From an uncultured Pseudomonadota bacterium (GTDB lineage Bacteria > Pseudomonadota > Alphaproteobacteria > JACZXZ01): DNA of 64,000 nucleotides. Location: the NCBI GenBank assembly GCA_963749075.1, contig CAVVLJ010000002.1, positions 64,001-128,000 of the forward strand, given 5' to 3'. The translations under genes and the position numbers were made by a program. Every line of letters begins with the position of its first letter. Position 1 is the stretch's first letter. The notes under the pieces are model-generated. The model made no database searches. It saw only the letters and a program-made list of their open reading frames with translations, and was not told the DNA's origin. This document shows positions 1 to 9,294 of the stretch, piece after piece.

Positions 1-247
1 GAGCCTTCGAACGCGGTTCCCAGCGTAGGCGCCACCAATTCCACGCCATCCACTCCGCTAAGTGATAAGCCGATAACATAGGCGCGGCGCGAATTCGGTT
101 GACGATTGAATCCCGAGCCTCGGTCAGCCATGTGCTGCCGTATTCGATACCAAGCGCCGCGAAGCATGCCCGCTCTTCCGGCGAGCCCTCTTCCAGCTCC
201 TCCCAATCCGCCGTAATCTTCAGCTTGCTCGGCATCGTTTCATTCAT
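1..247 (-). CDS. Partial CDS (N-terminus only, runs off the window); resembles N-termini of proteins often annotated ImmA/IrrE-family metallopeptidase
   Basis: Not in the ORF track. Manual translation from ATG 247: MNETMPSKLKITADWEELEEGSPEERACFAALGIEYGSTWLTEARDSIVNRIRRAPMLSAYHLAEWMAWNWWRLRWEPRSKA. The start overlaps the stop of the upstream ORF (ATGA). The family call is from recollection; no HExxH is visible in the window. Confidence 0.55.
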   Translation of the reverse strand, partial: MNETMPSKLKITADWEELEEGSPEERACFAALGIEYGSTWLTEARDSIVNRIRAAPMLSAYHLAEWMAWNWWRLRWEPRSKA

Positions 248-648
248 TCCTTGAAAACTGCGCCGCGCATATTGTCCTCTTCTTCGAGGAGATATCCATG
301 ATAGTTTGGGCCGCTAGGTTTAGCTTCGTAAACTTTGCGCCCGGCATCAACGCTCCAAACAAAATCCGGCATGTCGCCGCGCCGGAGATCGCTGAACATT
401 CCCATCAGCAACCCTTGGCGAAACAATTCTCGTGCCTCGTCGAGCAAGATAATCCTGTAGCCATCGCAAATCGATTTCCAGGGCCGCGGGCTTACGGGTG
501 GTTGGAAGCCATAATCGCCTGGGCTCCTTTTGTGATGGCCACTCCCAACATAGACTAACCTTTCGGCGAGCCGCGCGCGCGTAGCGTCGTCGTACTTGTC
601 GAATGAGGCTATTCGGCGCTTTGGATCGTTGCCCTGTCTTGCTCTCAT
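244..648 (-). CDS. Hypothetical protein, 134 aa, possible nuclease/toxin
   Basis: AT-richer ORF with motifs YVGSGHHKRSPGDYG and VYEAK...YHGY; translationally coupled to the downstream gene. Confidence 0.6.
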   Translation of the reverse strand: MRARQGNDPKRRIASFDKYDDATRARLAERLVYVGSGHHKRSPGDYGFQPPVSPRPWKSICDGYRIILLDEARELFRQGLLMGMFSDLRRGDMPDFVWSVDAGRKVYEAKPSGPNYHGYLLEEEDNMRGAVFKE

Positions 649-925
649 ACCGATAGAAGGCCTGTAGACTTCAGGCGGGCGGCTGCCCAGGCAGGCAGTA
701 TGCGTGATATGGCCCGATTGCTCAAGGTATCGTGTGGTTCGAGCACTACACCTAAATGTGGCCCGCGCCGCAATCGACCTCCCAATTCACCCCGAGTATG
801 TGGCGGAAGCGCGGCCATAATACGATGCACACAGCGGGCGGGGGCGAAGCAAAGGATCCGTTTCGCTCGTTGGACAAATGAGGCCCTGGCTTCCTCGGGA
901 CGTGCAATTCCATCAACGCCATGCT

Positions 926-2170
926 CTAGCCGCCGAGCAGGTTCTTGTAGAAGCGCCCGCCCTTCATGATGGCGGCGAGACGCGGGCCGCCGTCCTGGAA
1001 GAGGGCGATGTCCTTATAAGGGTCACCCTCGACCACGAGCAGGTCGGCGAAGGCGCCCGCCACGAGCTCGCCAAGCTGGCCCTCGCGCTTGAGGATGCGC
1101 GCGTTCACCAGGGTGGCCGAGCGGATGATCTCCTGCGGGCTCATCGCCTCGCGGCGGATGACGAACTCGCGGCACTGGTCGTTCTGCAGCTGGCCCAGGA
1201 GATCGCTGCCGAAGCCGATGGGCACCCCCGCCGCGCGCGCGAGCTCGAGCGAGTTGAGGCCGGCGGCGAGCACGATGTCGTTCTTGGCGAGGCTGTAGTC
1301 CGAGAGGCCGTAGTCCTTGCCGCGGCGGCGGAGCGCGTCGTAGGCGACGAGGGTGGGTACGAGGTAAGCGCCGCGCGCGGCCATGAGGGCGATGCCCTCC
1401 GCATCGATCAGGTTGCCGTGCTCGATGGTGCGCACGCCTGAGCCGACCGCGCGCTTGATCGCCTCGGCCGAATAGGCGTGCGCCGCCACGTAAGCGCCCC
1501 AGCGTACAGCCTCCTCGCAGGCCGCCTCGATCTCGTCGACGCGGAACTGCAGGCTCTCGAGCGGATCGCTCTGCGAGGCGACGCCGCCCGACACCATGAT
1601 CTTGATGTGGTCGGCGCCCTTCCTCAGCTCGTCGCGCGTGGCGTGGATCACCGCGGGGACGCCGTCCGCGATGCGCGCCGTATAAGAGACGCCCGAGCAG
1701 CACGGGCATTCGAAGCGGTCCTGGGTCTTGGCGCGGAAATCGCCGTGGCCGCCCGTCTGGCTGATCGCCATGCCGGCGATGAAGAGGCGCGGCGAAGGGA
1801 CGACGTCCGCCTCCGCCGCGGCCTTGATCCCGTGGTCGGCGCCGCCGGTATCGCGCACCGAGGTGAAGCCGCGCATGAGCATGTTCCGCATGCAGACCGT
1901 GCCGCGCGCCGCCAGCAGCGTCAGCGGCACGCCGGCGAGGGCGGCGATGTTGACCTCGCTCAGGAGCACGTGGATGTGGGCGTCGATGAGGCCCGGCATG
2001 AGGGTGTGCTTACCGATGTCGATGCGCGCGGCGCTCGCGGCCTTGATCGGGCGGTCGGAAACCTCCTTGACGCGCTCGCCCTCGACGAGGAGCTCGATGC
2101 CGTCCATGAGCTCGTCCCGCCGCGGGTCGAGAAAGCGTCCGCCGTGGAATACATACGAGGCCATCTTCAT
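926..2170 (-). CDS. Amidohydrolase superfamily protein (prolidase-like subgroup)
   Basis: PGLIDAHIH metal motif, GFTSVRD, AAHAY, IEHGN, FGSD. Confidence 0.9.
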   Translation of the reverse strand: MKMASYVFHGGRFLDPRRDELMDGIELLVEGERVKEVSDRPIKAASAARIDIGKHTLMPGLIDAHIHVLLSEVNIAALAGVPLTLLAARGTVCMRNMLMRGFTSVRDTGGADHGIKAAAEADVVPSPRLFIAGMAISQTGGHGDFRAKTQDRFECPCCSGVSYTARIADGVPAVIHATRDELRKGADHIKIMVSGGVASQSDPLESLQFRVDEIEAACEEAVRWGAYVAAHAYSAEAIKRAVGSGVRTIEHGNLIDAEGIALMAARGAYLVPTLVAYDALRRRGKDYGLSDYSLAKNDIVLAAGLNSLELARAAGVPIGFGSDLLGQLQNDQCREFVIRREAMSPQEIIRSATLVNARILKREGQLGELVAGAFADLLVVEGDPYKDIALFQDGGPRLAAIMKGGRFYKNLLGG

Positions 2171-2198
2171 CCCCTCTCCGCGCTTGCCGCTCGAGCGC

Positions 2199-2291
2199 TG
2201 TCGTCACACCCGCGAAAGCGGGTGTCCACAAGGCTCAGACAACGCGCCGCTTTGGCGGCCCTGGATGCCCGCTTTCGCGGGCATGACGACA
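2199..2291. repeat. REP-like inverted doublet (family B)
   Basis: tgtcgtcacacccgcgaaagcgggtgtcca (2199-2228) and the inverted copy tggatgcccgctttcgcgggcatgacgaca (2262-2291); each unit is itself a hairpin; intergenic. Confidence 0.8.
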
Positions 2292-2351
2292 ACATAAACG
2301 AATTGCGTTTTCCAGCGAGTCCTTATCCGCTTACCTTCCGCTCCTCAAGGC

Positions 2352-3548
2352 TCAAGCACCCGGAGACGCGCTCCTCCCCGGCACCAGCGAGAAGCGCTCG
2401 TCGGCGGCGAGGCACTCGGCTTCGGGCAGGCCGAGCTCCTTGCGCACGATGTTGGTGCCGAGCACCATCGAGACCATCTTGTAGGCGGCGTGGCGCCGGC
2501 TCATGCCCTCGCGGCCCATGCCGCAGTCGGAGGAGACGATGAGGCGCTCGGGCGGGATGTGCTTGAGCGCCTCGCGGATGAGGGCCGCCACCTCATCCGG
2601 CCGCTCGACCTGCAGCGTGTGGTGGTCGATGACGCCGATCACCACTTTTTTCCCCTTGATGACCTCCCCGATCGCCTTGAGGTCGCCGGGCCCGGAGGAG
2701 CAGGTCTCGAAGGTGACGGCGTCGGCATCGAGCGCATCGAGTGCCGCGAGCGTCGGCTTGTAGCTCTGGATCTCCTTGAAGATGCGCTGCTGGGAAGGGT
2801 TGCCCCAGCAGGTGTGGCACCACACCTCGGTCTTGGCCCGGAGGCCCTTCACCGTGTTGTTGAAGATCTCGACGAGCTCGCTTGTGCCGAGGCGGCCGAA
2901 GGTCTTGCCGCGCGCCGGCACCATGTGGATCTGCGGCTCCTCCAGCTGGACGACGGGGCAGCCGGCGTCGGCGAGCTCGTGGAGTTCCGCGTTGAGCGCC
3001 TCGCTGAACGCCCAGGTGCAGGCGACCGGGTCCTTGTAATGCTCGTCCACGACCGAGGCGGCGAGGAGCTCGGGCAGGATGGTGCCGAACTTGACCGGCT
3101 TCCGCGTGAGGCGCTGCGCCACCTTCCACATGGCGGCGTATTGCAGCTCGCCGCGGCCGATGGGGCCCGTGACCTTGGGCAGCACGCGCGCCTCGAGGAA
3201 ATCGTGGAGGATGTGGCCGCGCGGGTGCGCGGCAGCTGCCACGTTGTAGACGGTCGGCCGGAGGGATGCCGAGAGGCCGCTCATGTGGGTGAGCGGGTAG
3301 CTCATCCAGCTCATGCCGCCGACCTCCTCGTCGAAATGCGCGTCGCCGTCCGTGCAGATGTCGAGGCCGGCCGTCTCCTCTGCGCGCAAGTAGACGGAGA
3401 CCGCGTCTTCGTACTGCTCGCGGTAGCGCGCATGGGCCATGGCGGCGAGGAAGCTCTGCCGCCCCAGGACCGCCGTGTACCACGCGGGCCGCGGCAGCGA
3501 GCCGATGATCGAAGTCGGCAGCATGACGTTCGCTGAGGCTTTGTACAT
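2352..3548 (-). CDS. Cobalamin-independent methionine synthase II-like protein (catalytic domain only)
   Basis: PTSIIGSLPRP, GLDICTDGD, Zn ligands WCHTCWG, FETC and SSDCG. Start moved to ATG 3548 (GGGAGG upstream). Confidence 0.85.
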   Translation of the reverse strand: MYKASANVMLPTSIIGSLPRPAWYTAVLGRQSFLAAMAHARYREQYEDAVSVYLRAEETAGLDICTDGDAHFDEEVGGMSWMSYPLTHMSGLSASLRPTVYNVAAAAHPRGHILHDFLEARVLPKVTGPIGRGELQYAAMWKVAQRLTRKPVKFGTILPELLAASVVDEHYKDPVACTWAFSEALNAELHELADAGCPVVQLEEPQIHMVPARGKTFGRLGTSELVEIFNNTVKGLRAKTEVWCHTCWGNPSQQRIFKEIQSYKPTLAALDALDADAVTFETCSSGPGDLKAIGEVIKGKKVVIGVIDHHTLQVERPDEVAALIREALKHIPPERLIVSSDCGMGREGMSRRHAAYKMVSMVLGTNIVRKELGLPEAECLAADERFSLVPGRSASPGA

Positions 3549-3613
3549 CGTCCTCCCCTCCCGTGGTTTGCGCAGCTGTTGTGGCGAAAAGGCACGGGAG
3601 GCGTCAAGGCATC

Positions 3614-3639
3614 CCCTCTCCTCCTGAAGGAGGAGAGGG
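3614..3639. repeat. REP-like hairpin (family A)
   Basis: ccctctcctcc-tgaa-ggaggagaggg, identical to 63945-63970. Confidence 0.8.
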
Positions 3640-3767
3640 AGAACCAGAGCGTGGCCACACGTCGTCGCAATAGCGCCTCGGCAAATAGCGCCTCGGCCAT
3701 GGCGGCGATCCCCTAATCGTTGTATCGTACGACCGCCATTCAGCGTGGCCGATTGGGGGAGGCACAC

Positions 3768-4058
3768 ATGCAGTTCATCCTGTCGCTCAGCTTCACCGAC
3801 CAGGGCATTCGCACCATCAAGGATGCGCCGAAGCGCGTGAAGGGCGCGCGCGAGCTCGCGAAGAAATTCGAGATCAAGATCAAGGACATCTATCTCACCA
3901 CGGGCGAGAGCGACCTTGTCTCCATCTTGGAGACCGCGAGCGGCGACAACGTCGCCAAATTCGCGCTCGCACTCGGCGCGCGGGGCAACGTGAAGACGCG
4001 CATCGCGAGAGCCTGGACAGAGGCCGAATATCTCAAGATGGTCGCCGAGCTGCCCTGA
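3768..4058 (+). CDS. GYD-domain-like small protein
   Basis: FTDQGIRTIKDAPKR...IYLTTGESDLV pattern; GGAGG RBS before ATG 3768. Confidence 0.8.
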   Translation: MQFILSLSFTDQGIRTIKDAPKRVKGARELAKKFEIKIKDIYLTTGESDLVSILETASGDNVAKFALALGARGNVKTRIARAWTEAEYLKMVAELP

Positions 4059-4062
4059 AGGC

Positions 4063-4839
4063 TTACGCCTGCGGACCGCCGGTCACCGGTAACACCTGCC
4101 CGGTGATCCAGGCGGCGTAGGGCGAGGCGAGGAAGAGCACGGCATAGGCGATGTCCGCGGGCTCGCCGATGCGGCGCATGGCGATGCGGCCCAAGAGCGC
4201 CTGCTGGCCGGCGGGGCCGTAGGACTGCCATTGCCGCTCGTAGTCCGGGCTCGTGCGCATGAAGCCCGGCGCCACCGCATTGACGGTGATGCCGAAGGGG
4301 CCGAGCTCGTGGGCGAGCTGGCGCACGAAGCCGAGCTGCGCCGCCTTGGCGGTGGCGTAGCTCTGGATGTTGGTCAAGCTGACGCCGAGCCCGGCGCGGC
4401 TCGAGATGACCACGATGCGCCCGGCGCCCGCGCGCTTCATGCCGGGTGTCACCGCCTGCGCCGCGAGGAAGGCGCCCGTCATGTTGGCGTCGTAGATCTC
4501 GCGCCAGGCCTCCTCGCTCACCTCCTCGATCGGCAGCGCCTTCTGGCCGCGCACGCCGCCCGCCACATGGACGAGCACGTCGACGGCGCCGCCTCCGGCT
4601 TCCGCCTCTGCGATGAAGTCCACGACCGCCTTGCGGTCCGTCACGTCGACGGTGCGCACAGCCAGAGAGCCGCCCCGCGCCGGCTTCGCCTTGGCCCCGA
4701 GCTCGGCAAGCTCGGCCGCCAGGAGATCGCAAGCCCAGACCTTGGCACCGCGCTCCACGAAGGCCATGGCGATCGCCTGGCCCATGCCGCGCGCCGCACC
4801 GGTCACCACGACCGTCTTGCCTTCGAAGGAGATCTCCAA
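4063..4839 (-). CDS. SDR family oxidoreductase
   Basis: TGAARGMG, YATAK, NAVAPG. Confidence 0.92.
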   Translation of the reverse strand: MEISFEGKTVVVTGAARGMGQAIAMAFVERGAKVWACDLLAAELAELGAKAKPARGGSLAVRTVDVTDRKAVVDFIAEAEAGGGAVDVLVHVAGGVRGQKALPIEEVSEEAWREIYDANMTGAFLAAQAVTPGMKRAGAGRIVVISSRAGLGVSLTNIQSYATAKAAQLGFVRQLAHELGPFGITVNAVAPGFMRTSPDYERQWQSYGPAGQQALLGRIAMRRIGEPADIAYAVLFLASPYAAWITGQVLPVTGGPQA

Positions 4840-4867
4840 GGCTGGTTCTCCGCGAAACCGCGGCGCG

Positions 4868-6874
4868 CTATTCCGCCGCCGGCCGTTGAGAGGCGCGCAC
4901 TTGCGGGAACTCGCGGAGGATGGCCTCGAAGGCCTCCGTCACCTCGCGGCCGTCGCCGCTCCGGTGTTCCGGCGAGAGGCGCTCGAGGCTCTCGAAGATG
5001 CGGTGCTTGATGAAGTAGCGCCAATGGACCGGGAGCGATGCGAGGATGCCGGTGAGGGCCTCGTAGTTGGCGGGCGTCCACAGCCGCTCGAACTCGTCGC
5101 GCGCAGCGCCGTAGCCGTAATGGCCCTTGGGCTGGAGGGGGAGGAGCCGCTCGCGCTGGCGCCTTGTCGCCGCCTCGTCGACGCGGCCGTCGGCGATGAC
5201 GACGCCGTACTCGCTCTCCGCCGCCTCGCGCGAGACGAAGCCGCGCTCCACGTCGGCCAGCACGTCCTCGGCCGGGCGCTCGAGGGGCGAGCCCCAGCCG
5301 CCGGCGCCGCTCGAGGCGATGCGGATCACGTCGCCCGGGCTGACCGTGAGGATGTCGGTGTTGCCGAGGGCGACCTCGTGGTTGCTGCCCGGGTTGAGGA
5401 GGAAGACCGACGCCCCGCCCGCGTGCCCGCCGAGCACGCCCCAGGAGGTGAAGCGGCTGCGGTCGCGGTTGCGCGCGGTGATCCGCGTGCCGGGCGAGAA
5501 GACCTTGAACTCGAGGAGGCTGCCGAGCCCGCCGCGGTGGCGGCCGGCGCCGCCCGTATCCTGCGCCAGGCCGTAGCGCAGCACCTTGATCGGCACCTCG
5601 ACCTCGTTGATCTCGACGGGCGTGTTCTTGAGGAAGGAGGAGTTGGCGCCCGAGCCGTCGGCGCCGTCGGCGCGGGGGTCGCCGCCGGCACCGCCCATGA
5701 TCGGGTCGATCGAGGCGACGACGCGCCGGCCGCTGCGGTTGTCGATGGTGTTCACGTTCATGATCGGCCCGCCGCTCGACGGGTCCGCCGGCATGCGGTC
5801 GGGGGCGATCTGCGAGAAGGCGCCGAAGATGACGCCCTGGAGCCGCATACAGCTCAAGCTGCGCATGCCGACCGCGGCGGGGAATTTGGGATTGACGATG
5901 GTGCCCTCGGGCAGGATGCCCGTGCAGGGCCGCGCCAGGCCGGCGTTGAGGAGGATGGTGGGGTCGAGCGAATAGAGCGCATAGACGACCCCCACCATGA
6001 TCAGCACGTGGTGCGGATCGCCGCCCGTCGGCATGTTGAGCGAGGATTCGAGCTGCGGGTCGCTGCCGGTGAAGTCGAGCGACATGCTGTCGCCTCGGAT
6101 GGCGATCTTGAGCGCGATGCGGCAGGGCTTGCCGCCCACCGAATCCTCGTCGAGATAGTCGCTGAAGAAATACTCGCCGTCGGGGAGCGAGCGGATGATG
6201 TTGCGGCACTGCTGCTCGGCATAGTCGAGAAGGTCGCGGATGCCCTGGCGGAAGGTATGAACGCCGAACTTGGCGATCATCTCGTGGACCTTGCGCTCGC
6301 CGGTGTTCATGGCGGCGATCTGCGCCTTGAGATCGCCCCAGTTCTGCTCGGGCACGCGCACGTTGGCCCACATCACCTTGAGTATCTCGTGGTTGAGCAC
6401 GCCCTTCCGCGCGAGCTTGGTGGGCGGGATGCGGATGCCCTCCTGGTGCACCTCGGTGAGCGAGCGCGAGAGGCTCGCGGGCACGGCACCTCCCACGTCC
6501 GTGTTGTGGATGTGGCCGACCGCGAAGGCGACGATCTCGCCCGCGTGGAAGATCGGCTTCCAGAGATGGAGATCGGGCCCGTGGGTGCAGACGAAGCCGC
6601 TATAGGGGTCGTTCGTCATGCAGATGTCGCCTTCCTCGAATTCGGGGATCATCTTGATGACGTTTCCGTAGTCGAGGCAGACGAACCAGGTGGCACCCAG
6701 ATCCTTGGGTGCGGCGAAGGTGAGGCCCTCGGGCGTGGTGAGGCCGGTGGTGAAATCCTCGGTCTCCTTCACGAAGGTCGAGTGCGCCGTGCGGTAGAGC
6801 GTGTAGGCCATGCTCTCCGCCGCGGCGCGGCAGTGGTTGGCCAGGATCTGCAGCGTCACCTTGTCGATCGCCAT
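4868..6874 (-). CDS. Hydantoinase B / oxoprolinase family protein
   Basis: NDPY, THGPD, HNTDVGG, QEGIRIPP, GGAGRHRGGLG; start ATG 6874 after GAGGAG. Confidence 0.92.
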   Translation of the reverse strand: MAIDKVTLQILANHCRAAAESMAYTLYRTAHSTFVKETEDFTTGLTTPEGLTFAAPKDLGATWFVCLDYGNVIKMIPEFEEGDICMTNDPYSGFVCTHGPDLHLWKPIFHAGEIVAFAVGHIHNTDVGGAVPASLSRSLTEVHQEGIRIPPTKLARKGVLNHEILKVMWANVRVPEQNWGDLKAQIAAMNTGERKVHEMIAKFGVHTFRQGIRDLLDYAEQQCRNIIRSLPDGEYFFSDYLDEDSVGGKPCRIALKIAIRGDSMSLDFTGSDPQLESSLNMPTGGDPHHVLIMVGVVYALYSLDPTILLNAGLARPCTGILPEGTIVNPKFPAAVGMRSLSCMRLQGVIFGAFSQIAPDRMPADPSSGGPIMNVNTIDNRSGRRVVASIDPIMGGAGGDPRADGADGSGANSSFLKNTPVEINEVEVPIKVLRYGLAQDTGGAGRHRGGLGSLLEFKVFSPGTRITARNRDRSRFTSWGVLGGHAGGASVFLLNPGSNHEVALGNTDILTVSPGDVIRIASSGAGGWGSPLERPAEDVLADVERGFVSREAAESEYGVVIADGRVDEAATRRQRERLLPLQPKGHYGYGAARDEFERLWTPANYEALTGILASLPVHWRYFIKHRIFESLERLSPEHRSGDGREVTEAFEAILREFPQVRASQRPAAE

Positions 6875-6897
6875 CGTGGGTTCTCCTCGTCCGTGGT

Positions 6898-7014
6898 CCC
6901 CCCTCCCCAACCCTCCCCCTCAAGGGGGGAGGGGGTGCAGTGGGGAGGGGGTTAAGGGATCGCGCGCCCCACATCTTTCCCCTCCCCCCTTGAGGGGGAG
7001 GGCAGGGTGGGGGG
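6898..7014. repeat. REP-like inverted doublet (family A) overlapping the 3' end of hydantoinase A
   Basis: ccctccccaaccctccccctcaaggggggagggg and the inverted partner cccctccccccttgagggggagggcagggtgggggg. Confidence 0.8.
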
Positions 7015-9051
7015 TAAAGCTTCGAGCAGCAAGTTGCCGTACGCGTCGACGCGCACGTCGAAGCCGTCGGGAATGCAGGTCGTGCAGTCGTCCTGGGCGA
7101 TGACCGCGGGTCCGGCGAAACGCTGGCCGGCGAGCAGCGTTCGCCGCGCATAGAGCGGCACCGCTTCGCTCTTGCCGTCGTAATGGACCGCGACGGTCTT
7201 CTCGGGCTTGGGCGCCGCAGCGCTGGCGGCAAGCGGCTTGAACTCCGGCTTGGGGCTCGGACCTACGATGACGAGGCGCAGGTTGATGATCTGCGCCGCC
7301 GCCTCGCGGTCGCAATAGTCGTAGAGGCGCTCGTGCTCGCGGTGGAAGGCCTCGGCGATGCGCTGCCATTCGCCGCCCTCGATCCAGGCGGCCTCGAGCG
7401 GCGTCTCGATCTCGAAGGACTGGCCGCGGTAACGCATGTCGGCGCCATAGAGGAGCGTATAGGCGCCGGCGAAGCCCTGCTCGTCCCGGAGCCAGCGCAC
7501 GGCCTCTTGGAGGAGCTCCGCATAGCCGCGCTTCAGCTCCGGCATCACTGCCGGGCCGAGGTCGAGATAGACCGTCTTGATGAAGTCGTTCTTCACGTCG
7601 GCGATGAGGCCGCCGAAGGCGCTCAAGACGCCAGGCGTCGTCGGGATCACCACGCTCGCGATGCCGAGCTCGCGGGCGAGGAAGGCGGCGAGCATGGGAC
7701 CGGCGCCGCCGAAGGCGAGGAGGGCGAAGTCGCGCGGGTCGACGCCGTAGCGCGAGACGAGCTTGGAGACCTCGACGAAGGTGCCCGAGATCGCCACCCG
7801 GATGATCGCCGCCGCCGCCTCCTCGAGGCCGAGCGAGAGCCGCTCGGCGATGGTGCCGACCGCCTCCCTGGCCTTCTCGAGATCGATGCGCACCGCATTG
7901 TAGCCGAGCTCGCCCTGGCCGATGAAACCGCACACGGCGAAGGCGTCGGTGATGGTGGGGCGCACGCCGCCCTTGCCGTAGCAGGCCGGGCCCGGGGTCG
8001 AGCCGGCGCTCTCGGGTCCCACCTTGAGCACGCCGAGCGCATCGACCCAGGCGATCGAGCCGCCGCCCTCGCCCACGGAGGTGACCGAGACCGTCGGGAT
8101 GAAGATGGGGAAGTCGCCCACCTGCTCGCCGATGCCGTATTGCGGCTGGCCGTCGATGATGAGCGCCATGTCGGCGCTGGTGCCGCCGATGTCGAGGCTC
8201 ATGACGTTCTTGAGGCCGGCGAGGCGTGCTACGTGGCTGGCGCCGATGACGCCCGAGGCGGTGCCAGAGAGCAGCACCTGGACCGAGTGGCGCTTGGCGA
8301 GCTCGGCGCCCATCACGCCGCCGTTCGATTTGGTGATGAGCGGTGCGGCCGCCACGCCGGCGCTCTTGAGCGCCTTCTGCAGCGAGCCGAGATAATGGGC
8401 GACGCGCGGCTGCACGTAGCCGCTCACCACCGCCGTCACCGTGCGCTCGTACTCGCGGATGATCGGCCAGATCTCGCTCGAGCAGCAGACGAAGAGGTCC
8501 GGCGAGGTGCGGGCGGCGATGGCCTTGACCGCCTCCTCGTGCGCCGGATTGCGGTAGGCATGGAGGAGGGCGATGACGACGCCCTCGGCACCCGCGGCCT
8601 CGGCCTTCTCGAGGGCGGCCTCGACGCTCGCCTCGTCGAGCGGCTCGTCGATCGAGCCGTCGGGTGCGATGCGGCCCTTGATCGGGAAGACGCGCTCGCG
8701 CGTGACGAGCGGGACGGGGCGGCGCGAGAAGAGATCGTAGGGATCGGGCATCTTGAGGCGCGCCAGCTCGAGCACGTCGCAGAAGCCCTCGGTCGCGAAG
8801 AGGCAGAGCCGGATGCCCTTCCTCTGGATGACCGTGTTGATGCCGACCGTGGTGCCGTGGGTGAAATAGGCGATCTCCTCGGGCTTAATGCCGAAGCGGC
8901 GGCCGATCTGGCGCACCCCCTCCATCACCTCCGAGCCCGGCTCTTGCGGCGTCGACAGCACCTTGAGCGAGTGGAGCTCGCCCGAGGCCTCGTCGAAGAC
9001 GCAGAAATCCGTGAAGGTGCCGCCGATGTCGACGCCGACGCGATAGGACAT
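6952..9051 (-). CDS. Hydantoinase A / oxoprolinase family protein
   Basis: VDIGGTFTD, HGTTVGIN, REYER, DIGGTSAD, VGPESAGSTPGPACY. Confidence 0.93.
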   Translation of the reverse strand: MSYRVGVDIGGTFTDFCVFDEASGELHSLKVLSTPQEPGSEVMEGVRQIGRRFGIKPEEIAYFTHGTTVGINTVIQRKGIRLCLFATEGFCDVLELARLKMPDPYDLFSRRPVPLVTRERVFPIKGRIAPDGSIDEPLDEASVEAALEKAEAAGAEGVVIALLHAYRNPAHEEAVKAIAARTSPDLFVCCSSEIWPIIREYERTVTAVVSGYVQPRVAHYLGSLQKALKSAGVAAAPLITKSNGGVMGAELAKRHSVQVLLSGTASGVIGASHVARLAGLKNVMSLDIGGTSADMALIIDGQPQYGIGEQVGDFPIFIPTVSVTSVGEGGGSIAWVDALGVLKVGPESAGSTPGPACYGKGGVRPTITDAFAVCGFIGQGELGYNAVRIDLEKAREAVGTIAERLSLGLEEAAAAIIRVAISGTFVEVSKLVSRYGVDPRDFALLAFGGAGPMLAAFLARELGIASVVIPTTPGVLSAFGGLIADVKNDFIKTVYLDLGPAVMPELKRGYAELLQEAVRWLRDEQGFAGAYTLLYGADMRYRGQSFEIETPLEAAWIEGGEWQRIAEAFHREHERLYDYCDREAAAQIINLRLVIVGPSPKPEFKPLAASAAAPKPEKTVAVHYDGKSEAVPLYARRTLLAGQRFAGPAVIAQDDCTTCIPDGFDVRVDAYGNLLLEALPPTLPSPSRGEGKDVGRAIP

Positions 9052-9294
9052 GCCGCCATCCACTCTCAGTACCCGGACGCGCCGCCGCCCGTTCTTTCAG
9101 CGCCGCTCGGCCAGCCGTCTCTTGGCGAGAGGCTACCTGCGAACGCGGCGGGCGTCCAGCCGGCGCTTTGCGTGGATGGCACGGCATTGACTGTTCGCCG
9201 GTTTTCGCACCGCGCTTCCGGAATCAGCTCCCAAACGGACGCGAGCCCCGCGTCCAGCGAAGTCGCATTGACCCATTGCGGAAGTCGCGCTCTC

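Noticed and set aside
649-925. Possible tRNA or att site (ggttcgagc at ~736)
   Set aside because: No cloverleaf, acceptor stem or CCA could be built, and no repeat partner was found.
3549-3767. Cobalamin or SAM riboswitch upstream of the MetE-like gene
   Set aside because: No recognisable conserved boxes; the hairpins are explained by a REP and a simple stem.
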